Assembly: GCA_963845145.1 (NCBI GenBank) | Contig: CAWJQU010000002.1 | Span: 480,001 to 544,000 of the forward strand | Reading direction: 5' to 3' | DNA length: 64,000 bases | Source: an uncultured delta proteobacterium | GTDB lineage: Bacteria; Desulfobacterota; Desulfobacteria; Desulfobacterales; QNYZ01 | Shown: piece after piece, positions 21,491 through 31,185 of the stretch | Layout of the letters: each line of letters opens with the position of its first letter | How positions within the stretch are numbered: position 1 is the first letter of the stretch | Made by a program: the position numbers and the translations under genes | Notes under the pieces: model-generated | The model's input: the letters and a program-made list of their open reading frames with translations, nothing else | Databases searched by the model: none | Told to the model about the DNA's origin: nothing

Positions 21491-21713
21491 GGTCGTGTCT
21501 GCTCCGATATTTTGGGGCCAAAAAAGGTCATAAACTTTAGAACAATCTACCAAAACAAATGCTTTAGCACAAGCATGCTGAGTTACTGTCGAACCTTAAA
21601 AAAAGACGGATATTTACAATAGTGGCGATTATCTTTATAGTGCGCCAGGATCAAATTAAAGTTGAATTGGATAGAAAACATCCATTCAAAACGGTAAAAA
21701 AGGAGGCTGTGCC

Positions 21714-22121
21714 ATGAAAGAGATCAGCGAACTGACATTTCCCGACAACCTGCGCTATACCGAGGACCATGAGTGGGTCAAGCAAGATGGTGAAAAGTTA
21801 AAAATTGGAATCTCCGACTATGCCCAGGACCAACTGGGCGATATCGTCTTTGTGGAGCTACCCGAAGTAGGGACGACTTTTGAAAAGGGGAACGAGTTCG
21901 GTACGGTGGAGTCCGTCAAAGCCGTTTCCGAGCTGTACATGCCGGCAAGCGGTGAGGTAACCGCCATAAATGAAACCCTGGAGGACTCCCCGGAATCGGT
22001 AAACAGTAGTCCTTACACCGATGGATGGATGATCGAAGTAAGTCCAGGCAATACCGATGAAGTTGATGCCATGCTGGACAAGGACGCATATGTGAAAATG
22101 CTGGAAGGACCGGATTCATAA
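21714..22121 (+). CDS. gcvH: Glycine cleavage system H protein (lipoyl carrier)
   Basis: YTEDHEW, GISDYAQDQLGDIVFVELP, ESVKAVSE with lipoyl-Lys, NSSPYTDGWM. Confidence 0.97.
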   Translation: MKEISELTFPDNLRYTEDHEWVKQDGEKLKIGISDYAQDQLGDIVFVELPEVGTTFEKGNEFGTVESVKAVSELYMPASGEVTAINETLEDSPESVNSSPYTDGWMIEVSPGNTDEVDAMLDKDAYVKMLEGPDS

Positions 22122-22134
22122 GGACAGGATTCAT
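22105..22134. repeat. 15-bp tandem duplication spanning the gcvH stop and the next start
   Basis: AAGGACCGGATTCAT-AAGGACAGGATTCAT. Confidence 0.75.
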
Positions 22135-22243
22135 GAGGTATCTTCCTCATACCGATGAAGAAATTGCCGACATGCTCCGGGCCGTTGGTTTTGGCCACCT
22201 GGATGAAACTTTGGCCGCCCGAAACCCCAAATTAGATAAATGA
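22133..22243 (+). pseudogene. gcvPA: 36-codon N-terminal remnant of glycine decarboxylase P-protein subunit 1
   Basis: Translates MRYLPHTDEEIADMLRAVGFGHLDETL...*, resembling the conserved GcvPA N-terminus (MRYLPHT...MLxxIG..LDxL) at the expected position after gcvH. Confidence 0.8.
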
Positions 22244-22311
22244 GTTATTCGTCGACCAGTCAGCCAGTAGGCCGCCCTCCCCTTCACTGGTGAACCGACA
22301 GGAGGGTCTAC

Positions 22312-24069
22312 GTGCCAGCGCTTCAGGTATTGCCCATGAAAAACAAGCATCACGCTTCAAATATGAGCCAACCGCAGTTATGCTGGGCTGTCGATCTACC
22401 CGTATCGGATTATCGCGAGATACACCGGTTGCAACTGGATATGGTTGCCGCCAGATATTCCGGTGATCTGGATCGGGACGCCATTTTCATTCTGGAACAC
22501 GAACCCGTTTTTACACTTGGACGTAACGGCAAGCGTCACCACCTGATTGTCGATACCAACCTTTCGTCCGAAAAAGAGATTCCGGTCATTCGTATCGAAC
22601 GCGGGGGAGAAATCACTTACCATGGCCCGGGGCAAGTGGTGGGGTACCCGATCATCAACTTGAAGTCCGCCGGATTGTCGGTAAAAGGTTATGTGACCGC
22701 TTTGGAGGAAATCATGATCCGGACCGCCAAAGATTTCGGCATCACGGCCAGACGCAAAACGATCAATCCCGGGGTCTGGGTAGCAGAAAGGAAACTGGGC
22801 AGCGTGGGAGTGGCCGTCCGTCACGGCATTACCTTTCACGGCTTTGCATTGAATATCAATCCCGACCTTGCCCCTTTTTCCCGGATTAACCCCTGCGGCC
22901 TTGAAGGGGTTGAAATGACCTCGTTTGAAAAGGAAGGCGCCGCAAATGTATCGACGTCGGCCGTTCGCAAACAAATTTGGCATCATCTGGCTGAACAAAT
23001 ACACTGTCAATTGGATTATATCGGCCTGTCCGATCTACCGTTAGGCCAGTCCGATCTACCGGTGGGCCTTTCCGCCAAACAACAGTCAATCAGTAGACCG
23101 GATAATCTGTCAACCGCTGATAAAGGCCGCCAGACTATCAGATTAACCGCTCAATCGCCTACCAGCCCACCGACTAACGGACGAACCGGCAAACCGAATT
23201 GGTTGCGCCGGCGCCTGCCTTCCGGGCCGGAACATGAAAAGGTGCGTAATCTCATTCATGAAAAAGGGCTGCACACCGTTTGCCAGCAGGCCAAATGCCC
23301 GAACCAGTTTGAATGTTTTTCACAGCAGACGGCCACCTTTTTAATTTTAGGGGATCGCTGCACGCGCAATTGCGGTTTCTGCAATGTGCCACCCGGCCCC
23401 GACCAGCCGCCGAATCCAAAAGAGCCGCAAAACGTGGCCGAAGCCGCACGCAAAATGAAACTGACCTATGTGGTCATTACCTCGGTAACACGCGACGACC
23501 TTCCCGACGGCGGCGCCGCTCATTTTGCCGATACGATCCACGATGTCCGAGAAGCCATTGAGGGTGTCCAGGTCGAAGTCCTGATTCCCGATTTCCAGGG
23601 CGACGAGAATGCATTGAATACCGTATTGGCCGCCGGCCCCGATGTGCTCAATCATAATGTTGAAACCGTTCGCCGCCTCTACCCTTTGGTTCGGCCCCAG
23701 GCTGACTACAGGCAGTCCCTTACCCTTTTAAGACGTGTCAGTAATCATCATTCGGCCATCCCCGCCAAATCCGGTATCATGCTCGGTCTGGGCGAAACCG
23801 ACGCGGAGATCAAACGATGCCTTGAGGATATCCTTGATACCGGCTGCCATATACTTACCATAGGCCAATACCTCCAACCCACCCGCAACCACCTGCCGGT
23901 CACCCGGTTCGTCCCACCCCAAGAGTTTGACGACTGGCGATCAACGGCCATAAAACTGGGATTCGGAAATGTGGCCAGTGGACCGTTTGTTCGCAGTTCT
24001 TACCATGCCAAAGATCTATATAGAGAAAGCGGGACTTCCAGAAACAATAGCCTTGATTACCATCTCTAA
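22312..24069 (+). CDS. lipB-lipA: Fused lipoyl(octanoyl) transferase LipB and lipoyl synthase LipA
   Basis: N-half LEHEPVFTLG, RGGEITYHGPGQ, HGFALN, INPCG; C-half CQQAKCPNQFEC, CTRNCGFC, VLNHNVETV, GQYLQP, RSSY in one ORF. Confidence 0.9.
   Translation: MPALQVLPMKNKHHASNMSQPQLCWAVDLPVSDYREIHRLQLDMVAARYSGDLDRDAIFILEHEPVFTLGRNGKRHHLIVDTNLSSEKEIPVIRIERGGEITYHGPGQVVGYPIINLKSAGLSVKGYVTALEEIMIRTAKDFGITARRKTINPGVWVAERKLGSVGVAVRHGITFHGFALNINPDLAPFSRINPCGLEGVEMTSFEKEGAANVSTSAVRKQIWHHLAEQIHCQLDYIGLSDLPLGQSDLPVGLSAKQQSISRPDNLSTADKGRQTIRLTAQSPTSPPTNGRTGKPNWLRRRLPSGPEHEKVRNLIHEKGLHTVCQQAKCPNQFECFSQQTATFLILGDRCTRNCGFCNVPPGPDQPPNPKEPQNVAEAARKMKLTYVVITSVTRDDLPDGGAAHFADTIHDVREAIEGVQVEVLIPDFQGDENALNTVLAAGPDVLNHNVETVRRLYPLVRPQADYRQSLTLLRRVSNHHSAIPAKSGIMLGLGETDAEIKRCLEDILDTGCHILTIGQYLQPTRNHLPVTRFVPPQEFDDWRSTAIKLGFGNVASGPFVRSSYHAKDLYRESGTSRNNSLDYHL
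23022..23196. repeat. Degenerate 8-bp repeat tract encoding the LipB-LipA linker
   Basis: cgatctac cgttaggc ... cagtagac cggataat ctgtcaac ... cagcccac cgactaac ggacgaac cggcaaac; includes a duplicated GTCCGATCTACCG. Confidence 0.6.
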
Positions 24070-24122
24070 ACAGAAATTTTCAGGATGAAAGCTTGCAATG
24101 ATAACCACAAGGGAGGTCGATT

Positions 24123-24680
24123 GTGAAAAACTATAAAATTAAAGATTTGATGGTACCTAAATCAGAGTATGCGGTCATAGGGGAAAACGCCAGCATCATT
24201 GAGGCCGTGGAAGCGCTCGAAAAAGCACAAGAAGAGTTTGATACAACACGCTACCGCCATCGCGGTATTCTTGTGGAAGATAAAAACGGTAAAATTGTCG
24301 GCAAACTCGGACAACTGGATATCCTAAGATCCCTTGAGCCCAAATATGAAAAAATTCAGGACAAAAGCAGCGGTATGATGAAATATGGGTTTAGCCGGAA
24401 ATTCTTATCTTCCATGATTGAAGACTATAACCTTTTTGACAAACCCTTTGATGATATCTGCAAAAAATCCCATAATGAGAAAGTCGCCAAATACATGCAC
24501 ACGCCCCTGGAGGGCGAATATGTCAATGTGGACGCATCTCTGGACGAAGCGATCCATTTACTGGTGGTTGGCCATCATCAGTCGCTGTTGGTTTTGCAGG
24601 ATGAAAAAATTATCGGTATTTTGCGCTTGACGGATGTTTTTGCCGCTGTGTTCCATGCCACAAGGGCATGCGGCCTGTAA
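24123..24680 (+). CDS. CBS domain-containing protein
   Basis: IKDLMVP, YRHRGILVEDKNGKIVGKL, SLDEAIHLLV, IIGILRLTDVF. Confidence 0.88.
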   Translation: MKNYKIKDLMVPKSEYAVIGENASIIEAVEALEKAQEEFDTTRYRHRGILVEDKNGKIVGKLGQLDILRSLEPKYEKIQDKSSGMMKYGFSRKFLSSMIEDYNLFDKPFDDICKKSHNEKVAKYMHTPLEGEYVNVDASLDEAIHLLVVGHHQSLLVLQDEKIIGILRLTDVFAAVFHATRACGL

Positions 24681-24731
24681 AACAGCCTAAAAAAGATTAA
24701 AACAAAATTACTGCCTAATGAGGGAAAATAG

Positions 24732-26201
24732 ATGACAACGGATGCTGCCGGGATGGAAGGCTATACGGTTAACTGGCGTAAAATGGTGTTTTTATTATTG
24801 GGTATTTCACTATTTGCCATTGTGTATTATTCTCCATCGTGGCCCGATGCGGTCGACCCCATGGGAAAACACTTCTCACTGAGCCGCGAAGCAAAGGGCG
24901 CATTAGCCATTTTCTTACTGGCCGGGACCTGGTGGGTTTTTGAAGTAATACCCATCGGTGTCACCAGCCTGGCCATCGGTGTATTACAGACCCTTTTTCT
25001 GATTCGACCGGCCAAAGTCGCTTTCACCGATTTCATGGTGCCGTCGGTGATGTTTATTTTTGCCTCCATCATGATCGGTTTGGTGTTCACCAAGACCGGC
25101 CTCACCAAACGTCTGGCCTATAAGATGTTGATTATCGTGGGGGAAAAAACCAGCATGATCTACCTCGGCTGTTTTGTGGTCACGGCAGCTTTGGCCCACA
25201 TCATGGCGCACACTGCCGTGGCGGCAACCATCTATCCCCTGCTCGTCTCCATCTACGCCCTATATGGCGAGGGCGATAAAAAAACCAAGTTCGGTAAAGG
25301 GTTGTTTATGGGTATGGCCTATGTGGCCGGCGCCGGCAGCATCGTCACCTTGCTGGGAGCCGCACGTGGCGCCGTCGCGTTGGATTTCTACAAAGGTATT
25401 ATGAACCAGGATATCTCCTTTTTTCAGTTGAGCTATTATATGTTCCCTATTGGCTGGGTGATGACTTTCCTATTGTGGGGCTTTTTTATGATATTTTGCA
25501 AACCCGAGAAAAAAAGCATTCCGGGCCTTCGGGAGAAAGCCAAACGCCTCAATAAAGCCCTCGGCCCCATCACCAGGGATGAGATAACAGCCGCTGTCAT
25601 CGTCTTTAGCTGCATTTTGGTCATGTCCCTCAGGTCTTTTATTCCGGCCCTGCAGCCGGTTGACAAGACAGGCATTATATTAATCTCCACGATCTTGTTC
25701 TTCATTACAGGAATTATGGATATCAATGATTTAGAAGAAGTACCCTGGAATATTATTTTATTATTCGCCGGGGCCATGAGTATTGGTAACTGCCTTTGGG
25801 AGACAGGCGCGGCCAACTGGTTGGCGGTTAATTGGCTGGTCATGTTTCAAAATGCCCATTGGTTCATATTTGTGATGGGCATCACCTTTTTTGTTTTAAT
25901 GATGACCAACTTTATCATGAACGTGGCCGCCATCGCCATCTCTTTACCGGTGGCCTTGGTTATCGCGCCTTATTTGGGTGTCGCCGGAGAAGTTATTCTG
26001 TTTGCCGCCCTGGTGGCAGCCGGTATGCCGTTTCTCCTTCTGGTAGGGGCGGCCCCCAACGCCATTGCATATGACTCGAAACAATTTACCACCGGTGAAT
26101 TTTTTCTATATGGTATTCCGGCCAGTGTTTTGCTGATGATTATTACCGGCCTGGCCGTTTATTTTCTGTGGCCGCTGATGGGGATGCCTGTTACGTTGTA
26201 G
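24732..26201 (+). CDS. SLC13/DASS family anion or dicarboxylate transporter
   Basis: WWVFEVIPIGVT, KTGLTKRLA, VPWNIILLFAG, PFLLLVGAAPNAIAY; many TM segments. Confidence 0.9.
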   Translation: MTTDAAGMEGYTVNWRKMVFLLLGISLFAIVYYSPSWPDAVDPMGKHFSLSREAKGALAIFLLAGTWWVFEVIPIGVTSLAIGVLQTLFLIRPAKVAFTDFMVPSVMFIFASIMIGLVFTKTGLTKRLAYKMLIIVGEKTSMIYLGCFVVTAALAHIMAHTAVAATIYPLLVSIYALYGEGDKKTKFGKGLFMGMAYVAGAGSIVTLLGAARGAVALDFYKGIMNQDISFFQLSYYMFPIGWVMTFLLWGFFMIFCKPEKKSIPGLREKAKRLNKALGPITRDEITAAVIVFSCILVMSLRSFIPALQPVDKTGIILISTILFFITGIMDINDLEEVPWNIILLFAGAMSIGNCLWETGAANWLAVNWLVMFQNAHWFIFVMGITFFVLMMTNFIMNVAAIAISLPVALVIAPYLGVAGEVILFAALVAAGMPFLLLVGAAPNAIAYDSKQFTTGEFFLYGIPASVLLMIITGLAVYFLWPLMGMPVTL

Positions 26202-26206
26202 GCTTG

Positions 26207-28172
26207 ATGGTTAAAATCACTCAAATTAGGCCATAAACGCTTTGGGCTCAATCTCAAGTTGTATTCAAGTTATGGAAGCCTTGTGATCCTGGCGGCCCTG
26301 CTTGGATCAGGCGCCTATTTTTACCTGAAAAATGTGAATGGAAAAGGCCACCTGGAAACCGCATTTTTGGAACTTTCCAACATGACTAACAGCATTCAGG
26401 CTGCCCAAGGTGAGTTTCTCTTACACGGCATCGAAAACAAGGCTTATGGTGATAAGCAGGTCGATAAGATCAAAAATATCATCGCCGAATACACAGAAGA
26501 TCTCACATCCATCAAGGCAAATGCCTTCCTTGAGATCAACCAGACTGAAAAAATTAGCGACCTTGAGATTGCGGTTACCGGCTATTCCAAAAAGTTTGAA
26601 GAATTGGTAACAGCCTACCATGGCATCGAAATAAACAAAGAAAGTTTCGATGCTATCGGTACCCGCATGGAGGTGGCCTTAGAAGAGATGACGGCGCACC
26701 ACGAGGCTGAATTGGTTCGTCTGGAATCCGCCGGCAGCGACCAGCAGGGCATTATTTATCAGACCCGCGTCATTGAGCACCTGACCAAAGCCGGGATCAA
26801 TGCCCTTAAGGTGTCGCGTGACGAAACCGAATTCCTTTTGACCAAAAATGCCGACCTTGTCCAGCATTTGGATCAAAACCTGGGGCTTTTAAAAACCTAT
26901 ATTGCGGCACTCAGCAAGGAGCTTGAAGAACCCGAAGAGAAAACAAGGCTTGCAAAAATTGAAGGCGAACTGGAAAACTACACCACCATGCTTAAAACCA
27001 TGATTCACGAAGAGGCCATCGTAGAGAAAGATACCTTCGAAATGGTCGAAATTTTACATAGGATCATGGCCCTGAGCGCCGTCCTGTCACACGACACTGA
27101 AATTGAGGCGGACGGCATGACGCACGAAGCCGAGATTACTTTGATCGCCCTGATCGCAATTGTCCTGACAACTGGAGCGCTGCTATCCTTTTTTGTTGCA
27201 CGAAGTATTTCAAAACCTGTCAGAAAAGCGATTCTAAGCATTAATGAAGGGTCGGATCAAGTCGCCTCAGCCTCCGGGGAGGTATCTCAAGCCAGTCAAT
27301 CATTGGCCGAAGGGTCATCTGAACAGGCGGCTTCCATTGAAGATACCTCTTCATCACTGGAAGAGATGTCCTCGATGACCAGTCAGAATGCAGATAATGC
27401 AAACCAAGCGGACAAACTGATGAAAGAAGTCAATGAGGTCGTGGGCCGGGCCAACGAATCCATGACGGAACTGACCGTGTCCATGGAGAAAATATCCAGG
27501 GCCAGTGAAGAGACCTCAAAAATCATCAAGACCATTGATGAAATCGCTTTTCAGACGAATCTGCTGGCATTAAACGCCGCCGTGGAAGCAGCGAGAGCAG
27601 GTGAAGCCGGAGCCGGATTTGCCGTGGTGGCCGACGAAGTCAGAAATTTGGCCATGCGTGCGGCCGAGGCGGCTAAAAATACCGCCGCATTGATCGACGG
27701 AACGGTTAAAAAAGTCAGCGACGGTTCCCAGCTCGTGGGACGTACCAATGAAGCCTTTACCCAGGTAGCGCAGAGCGCTTCTAAAGTCGGCGAGTTGGTC
27801 GCGGAAATTGCTTCGGCCTCAAGTGAACAGGCCCAGGGTATCGAGCAGGTTAACACCGCCGTGTCTGAAATGGACAAGGTCACCCAGAAAAATGCGGCCA
27901 ATGCCGAAGAGTCGGCTTCCGCTTCCGAAGAGCTGAATGCCCAGGCCGAACAGATGAAAACGATTGTCGTTGAATTAGCAGCATTGGTCGGCAGCTATCA
28001 TAAGGGCGCAAAACCTACCGGGGCGGTGAATAAAAATTCATCTGCCGGCCGACTTAAGAAGGCTTTGGCGAAATCACCGGGACGGAATAAAAAACCCAAC
28101 CTCCAACAACCTGATCAAACCATGGCCGCACAAACAATCCCCTTCGATGAAGATGTTTTTAAGGAATTTTAA
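26207..28172 (+). CDS. Methyl-accepting chemotaxis protein with large periplasmic helical sensor
   Basis: [40 protein letters not shown]; two TMs; C-terminal DVFKEF; start is either TTG 26259 or ATG 26207 if one A is removed near 26213. Confidence 0.92.
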
Positions 28173-28227
28173 GTTACCACAATAGGGCGCTGTGAAGGCT
28201 CTTTCCATCGCCCCGGTAAGAAATTAT

Positions 28228-28263
28228 CGCAACGCCGACCCGGAAACCCGGGCCGGCGTTGCG
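28228..28263. terminator. GC-rich stem-loop downstream of the MCP gene
   Basis: CGCAACGCCGACCCGG-aaac-CCGGGCCGGCGTTGCG; no clear T-tail. Confidence 0.55.
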
Positions 28264-28383
28264 CCATATATAGTAAAGCTGAACAATAACGCCTCTTATT
28301 ACCGCTTCAAAGATTGTTCATTAACAGACCTTTTATGGCAGAACCGTGCGATAACTACCTGATATTTTATTCTATACTTACAA

Positions 28384-28412
28384 TTGACTTGCAAACCCCC
28401 TTTTAATATTGT
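28384..28412 (+). promoter_or_regulatory. Candidate sigma-70 promoter of the PspA operon
   Basis: TTGACT-N17-TATTGT in an AT-rich intergenic region. Confidence 0.4.
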
Positions 28413-28571
28413 ATGATTTTCTTGGTTTCTTATCATCCTGGATGATATGAACACGCGCATTATATGAGAAACGGTCGTCGCTTTTAACCGCCTGCGCATG
28501 ATATTATAAAGGCGCCGTATGGGGTGATTTTGTACGTTTATTCTGCATCATCGAACCAAAGGAGATGAAAA

Positions 28572-29351
28572 ATGGGGAAAATTTGGAATGCGATTCGCGC
28601 CCAGTTCAATAAGCTGGCTAATTTTTTCTGGACCATGGACCCCATTGCCCAGATGCAGCTGGAATATGACAACGCTGTTGCCCAATTAAAAGATGGGCGA
28701 AAAGGTCTGGAACAATATCGAGGTCTGGTTGAACGCGTGACGCGTCAGGTGGGGCATCTTGAAAAACAGGAACAGCGGCTGACAGCAAAGATTAAGGCGT
28801 ATTTAAAAGCGGGCGACCGAAAAACTGCGGGCCAATTGGCCATCCAGTTGCAGGAAACCCAACAAGAACGGGTTGAAAATGCGGAACAACTTCAAATTCA
28901 CGAAAAAGCCTATAATAATAATTTGGAAAAAATAAAACACTCTTCTAAAAAGCTGCAAAAGGTTCAGGAAAAAATAAAGAAATATCAGGCGGAATTGAAA
29001 ATGACCAAGGCCGAAGCGGAATTGGCCCGTTTAAGCCAAACCTTCGATTTCGACATAACGACCGATTTCGGGCAGCTGGAACAGATCATCCATGACAAAA
29101 TCGATCTGAATCGTGGGGCGGTTCGCGTGGCGGCTGATTTGTCCGAACGGGGCCTTGATGAAATTCACGCGGAAAAAGCCATGGAGGAGTCGATGGCCGA
29201 GGATCTGTTAACCCGGTTTGAAGTGGATATGGGTTTGAAAACGCCGGAAACCGCAAATATTGAATCCACTGTGGAAAGATTGGGGCCGGAAAAAGAAACG
29301 CATACCGAAACCCGGAGAGATGGAGAACCCGTAATACAGAAAGAAAGATAA
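28572..29351 (+). CDS. PspA/IM30 (ESCRT-III superfamily)-like coiled-coil protein
   Basis: Amphipathic N-terminus, DP-xx-M start of long helix (MDPIAQMQLEY), AYLKAGDRKTAGQLA hairpin turn, KIKKYQAELKMTKAEAELA, 259 aa, all helical. Confidence 0.8.
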   Translation: MGKIWNAIRAQFNKLANFFWTMDPIAQMQLEYDNAVAQLKDGRKGLEQYRGLVERVTRQVGHLEKQEQRLTAKIKAYLKAGDRKTAGQLAIQLQETQQERVENAEQLQIHEKAYNNNLEKIKHSSKKLQKVQEKIKKYQAELKMTKAEAELARLSQTFDFDITTDFGQLEQIIHDKIDLNRGAVRVAADLSERGLDEIHAEKAMEESMAEDLLTRFEVDMGLKTPETANIESTVERLGPEKETHTETRRDGEPVIQKER

Positions 29352-29385
29352 TTTCAAACGCGCATTTTAAGGGGGAATAAAAACG

Positions 29386-31116
29386 ATGGCGGGCAAACCT
29401 AAACCTGGATTTTGGATTGTAGTGGTAATGGTTGTTTTATCCCTAATCGGATTTCCGCGTATCGGGCGGGGCTTTTTTCAATCGGTGGGACAAGTGACCC
29501 GGCCGGAAAAACCAGCCCGCTGAAAGCCACCAAATCCGTGGCTTCCGGGCAAAAGCTCAACATTACTTTTTATTCATCCAGTGCCAAACGAAACTGGGTG
29601 GATGAAATGGTGAGCCGGTTTAATAGTGGTAATCACACCGTCGGGGGGAAAACCATTGAAGTCAAGCAATTCCATGTCACTTCCGGGGGAAGTTTCAACC
29701 AGATAAAGGAAGGAAAGATACGGCCTGATTTATGGTCGCCAGGGGATGAATCCTGGCTTCGCATGGCCAAAACGTATTTTCGGGATGTGAAGCAGATGGC
29801 GCTTTTTGACACCTTCACACCCCTTGTAAATATTCCCCTTATCGTAGCGATGTGGGAGCCCATGGCAAAAGAGCTGGGTTATCCCAAACCCATTGGGTGG
29901 ACCGATATAGCCAATGTTGCCAAAAACCCCCAGGGATGGGCGGCGTTTGGTCACCCGGAGTGGGGCAAGTTCAGGTGGGGGCATGCCCACCCCGAAGCCA
30001 ATTCAGGTTTTTTAACCATCATTTCCGAGGTATACGCTATAACCGGTAAAACCAAAGGGATCACAAGCGAGGATTTAAAAAATCCAAAGGTCGTCTCCTT
30101 TCTCAAGGACTTTGAAGGGGCCGTAGAGCACTATGGTTTATCCAACAGCTGGATCGATAAATTTATGCATCTAAAAGGTCCCGCCTATCTTTCCGCCTGT
30201 GTCCAATATGAAAATACGATCATCCAGACGAATGAGAAACATAACAATAAACCTTTCAAGCTTGTGGCGATCTACCCCAAGGAGGGTAATTTCTGGACGC
30301 AGCATCCGGTAGCGGTGATAAAGGAAAAATGGATGACACCGGAAAAAGAAAAGGCCTGCAACCAGTTTATTGAATTCCTTTTGAGCGAAGAGGCCCAGGA
30401 AAAAGCGATGCAGATGGGCTTGAGGCCGATACGGCCGAATATGCAAATGGGTAGTCCCTTTGATAGTGAACATGGCGTTATCGCAGACATTACGGCCGAT
30501 AAAATGTTTACAGTGCCCGAGGAGGGCGTCCTGAATCGTATCCGGGATCTCTGGGAAGATGTTAAGGTGCCGGCAACCATTATACTCGTGCTTGATCAGT
30601 CCGGCAGCATGAAAGGGGACCCCATGGACAAGGCCAAAGAAGGGGCAATCCAGTTTGTAAAAAGTATGAAACCCAGGGACCAATTAGAAGTTATCACCTT
30701 CAACAACCAGGTCATGACGCTGACAGCGCTTTGCGATGTCGGCAGAGTGCCGCGAGGAGACAATTAACAAATTGTCCGGTCTTTTCGCTACCGGGGGAAC
30801 GGCCCTTTACGATACGGTCGCCAAGAGCTATGCGAACATCAAAAAATACCAGCGTGAAAAACCAAACCGAAGATACGCGCTCCTTTTGCTGACGGACGGC
30901 AAGGATGAGCACAGCGGAATGAAACGCTACGATTTCCTCGATTTGCTCCCCAAGGGCCAAGAGATAGAAGTACCCAAGATATATACGATCGCTTATGGAG
31001 ACGGTACCGACAAAGACTTATTGGCACAGATTTCAAATCGAACCAATGCCCGATTGTTTGGAAGTACGCCGGAAGAAATAAAAAAGACCTACAGAGAACT
31101 CAGCGCGAACTTCTGA
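29386..31116 (+). CDS. Membrane-anchored substrate-binding-domain + VWA protein, two frameshifts (about 29451 and 30743)
   Basis: N-terminal TM MAGKPKPGFWIVVVMVVLSLIGF; SBP motifs PDLWSP, PLIVAMWEPMA, HPEANSG, AIYPKEG; MIDAS LDQSGSM, GGTALYD, LLTDG. Confidence 0.85.
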
Positions 31117-31185
31117 TTTTTTTTCATAGACAAAGAGAGATGAAGTCCAGATAAACGACCCATAAGAGAGAAACAGGTTGCAAAG

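Noticed and set aside
21560..21713. Glycine riboswitch upstream of gcvH
   Set aside because: Only a small hairpin (TTGAATTGGAT...ATCCATTCAA); no recognisable aptamer motifs
24082..24097. Sigma-54 promoter before the CBS gene
   Set aside because: GG-N10-GC spacing fits but the -24 element (AGGAT) lacks the TGGCA consensus
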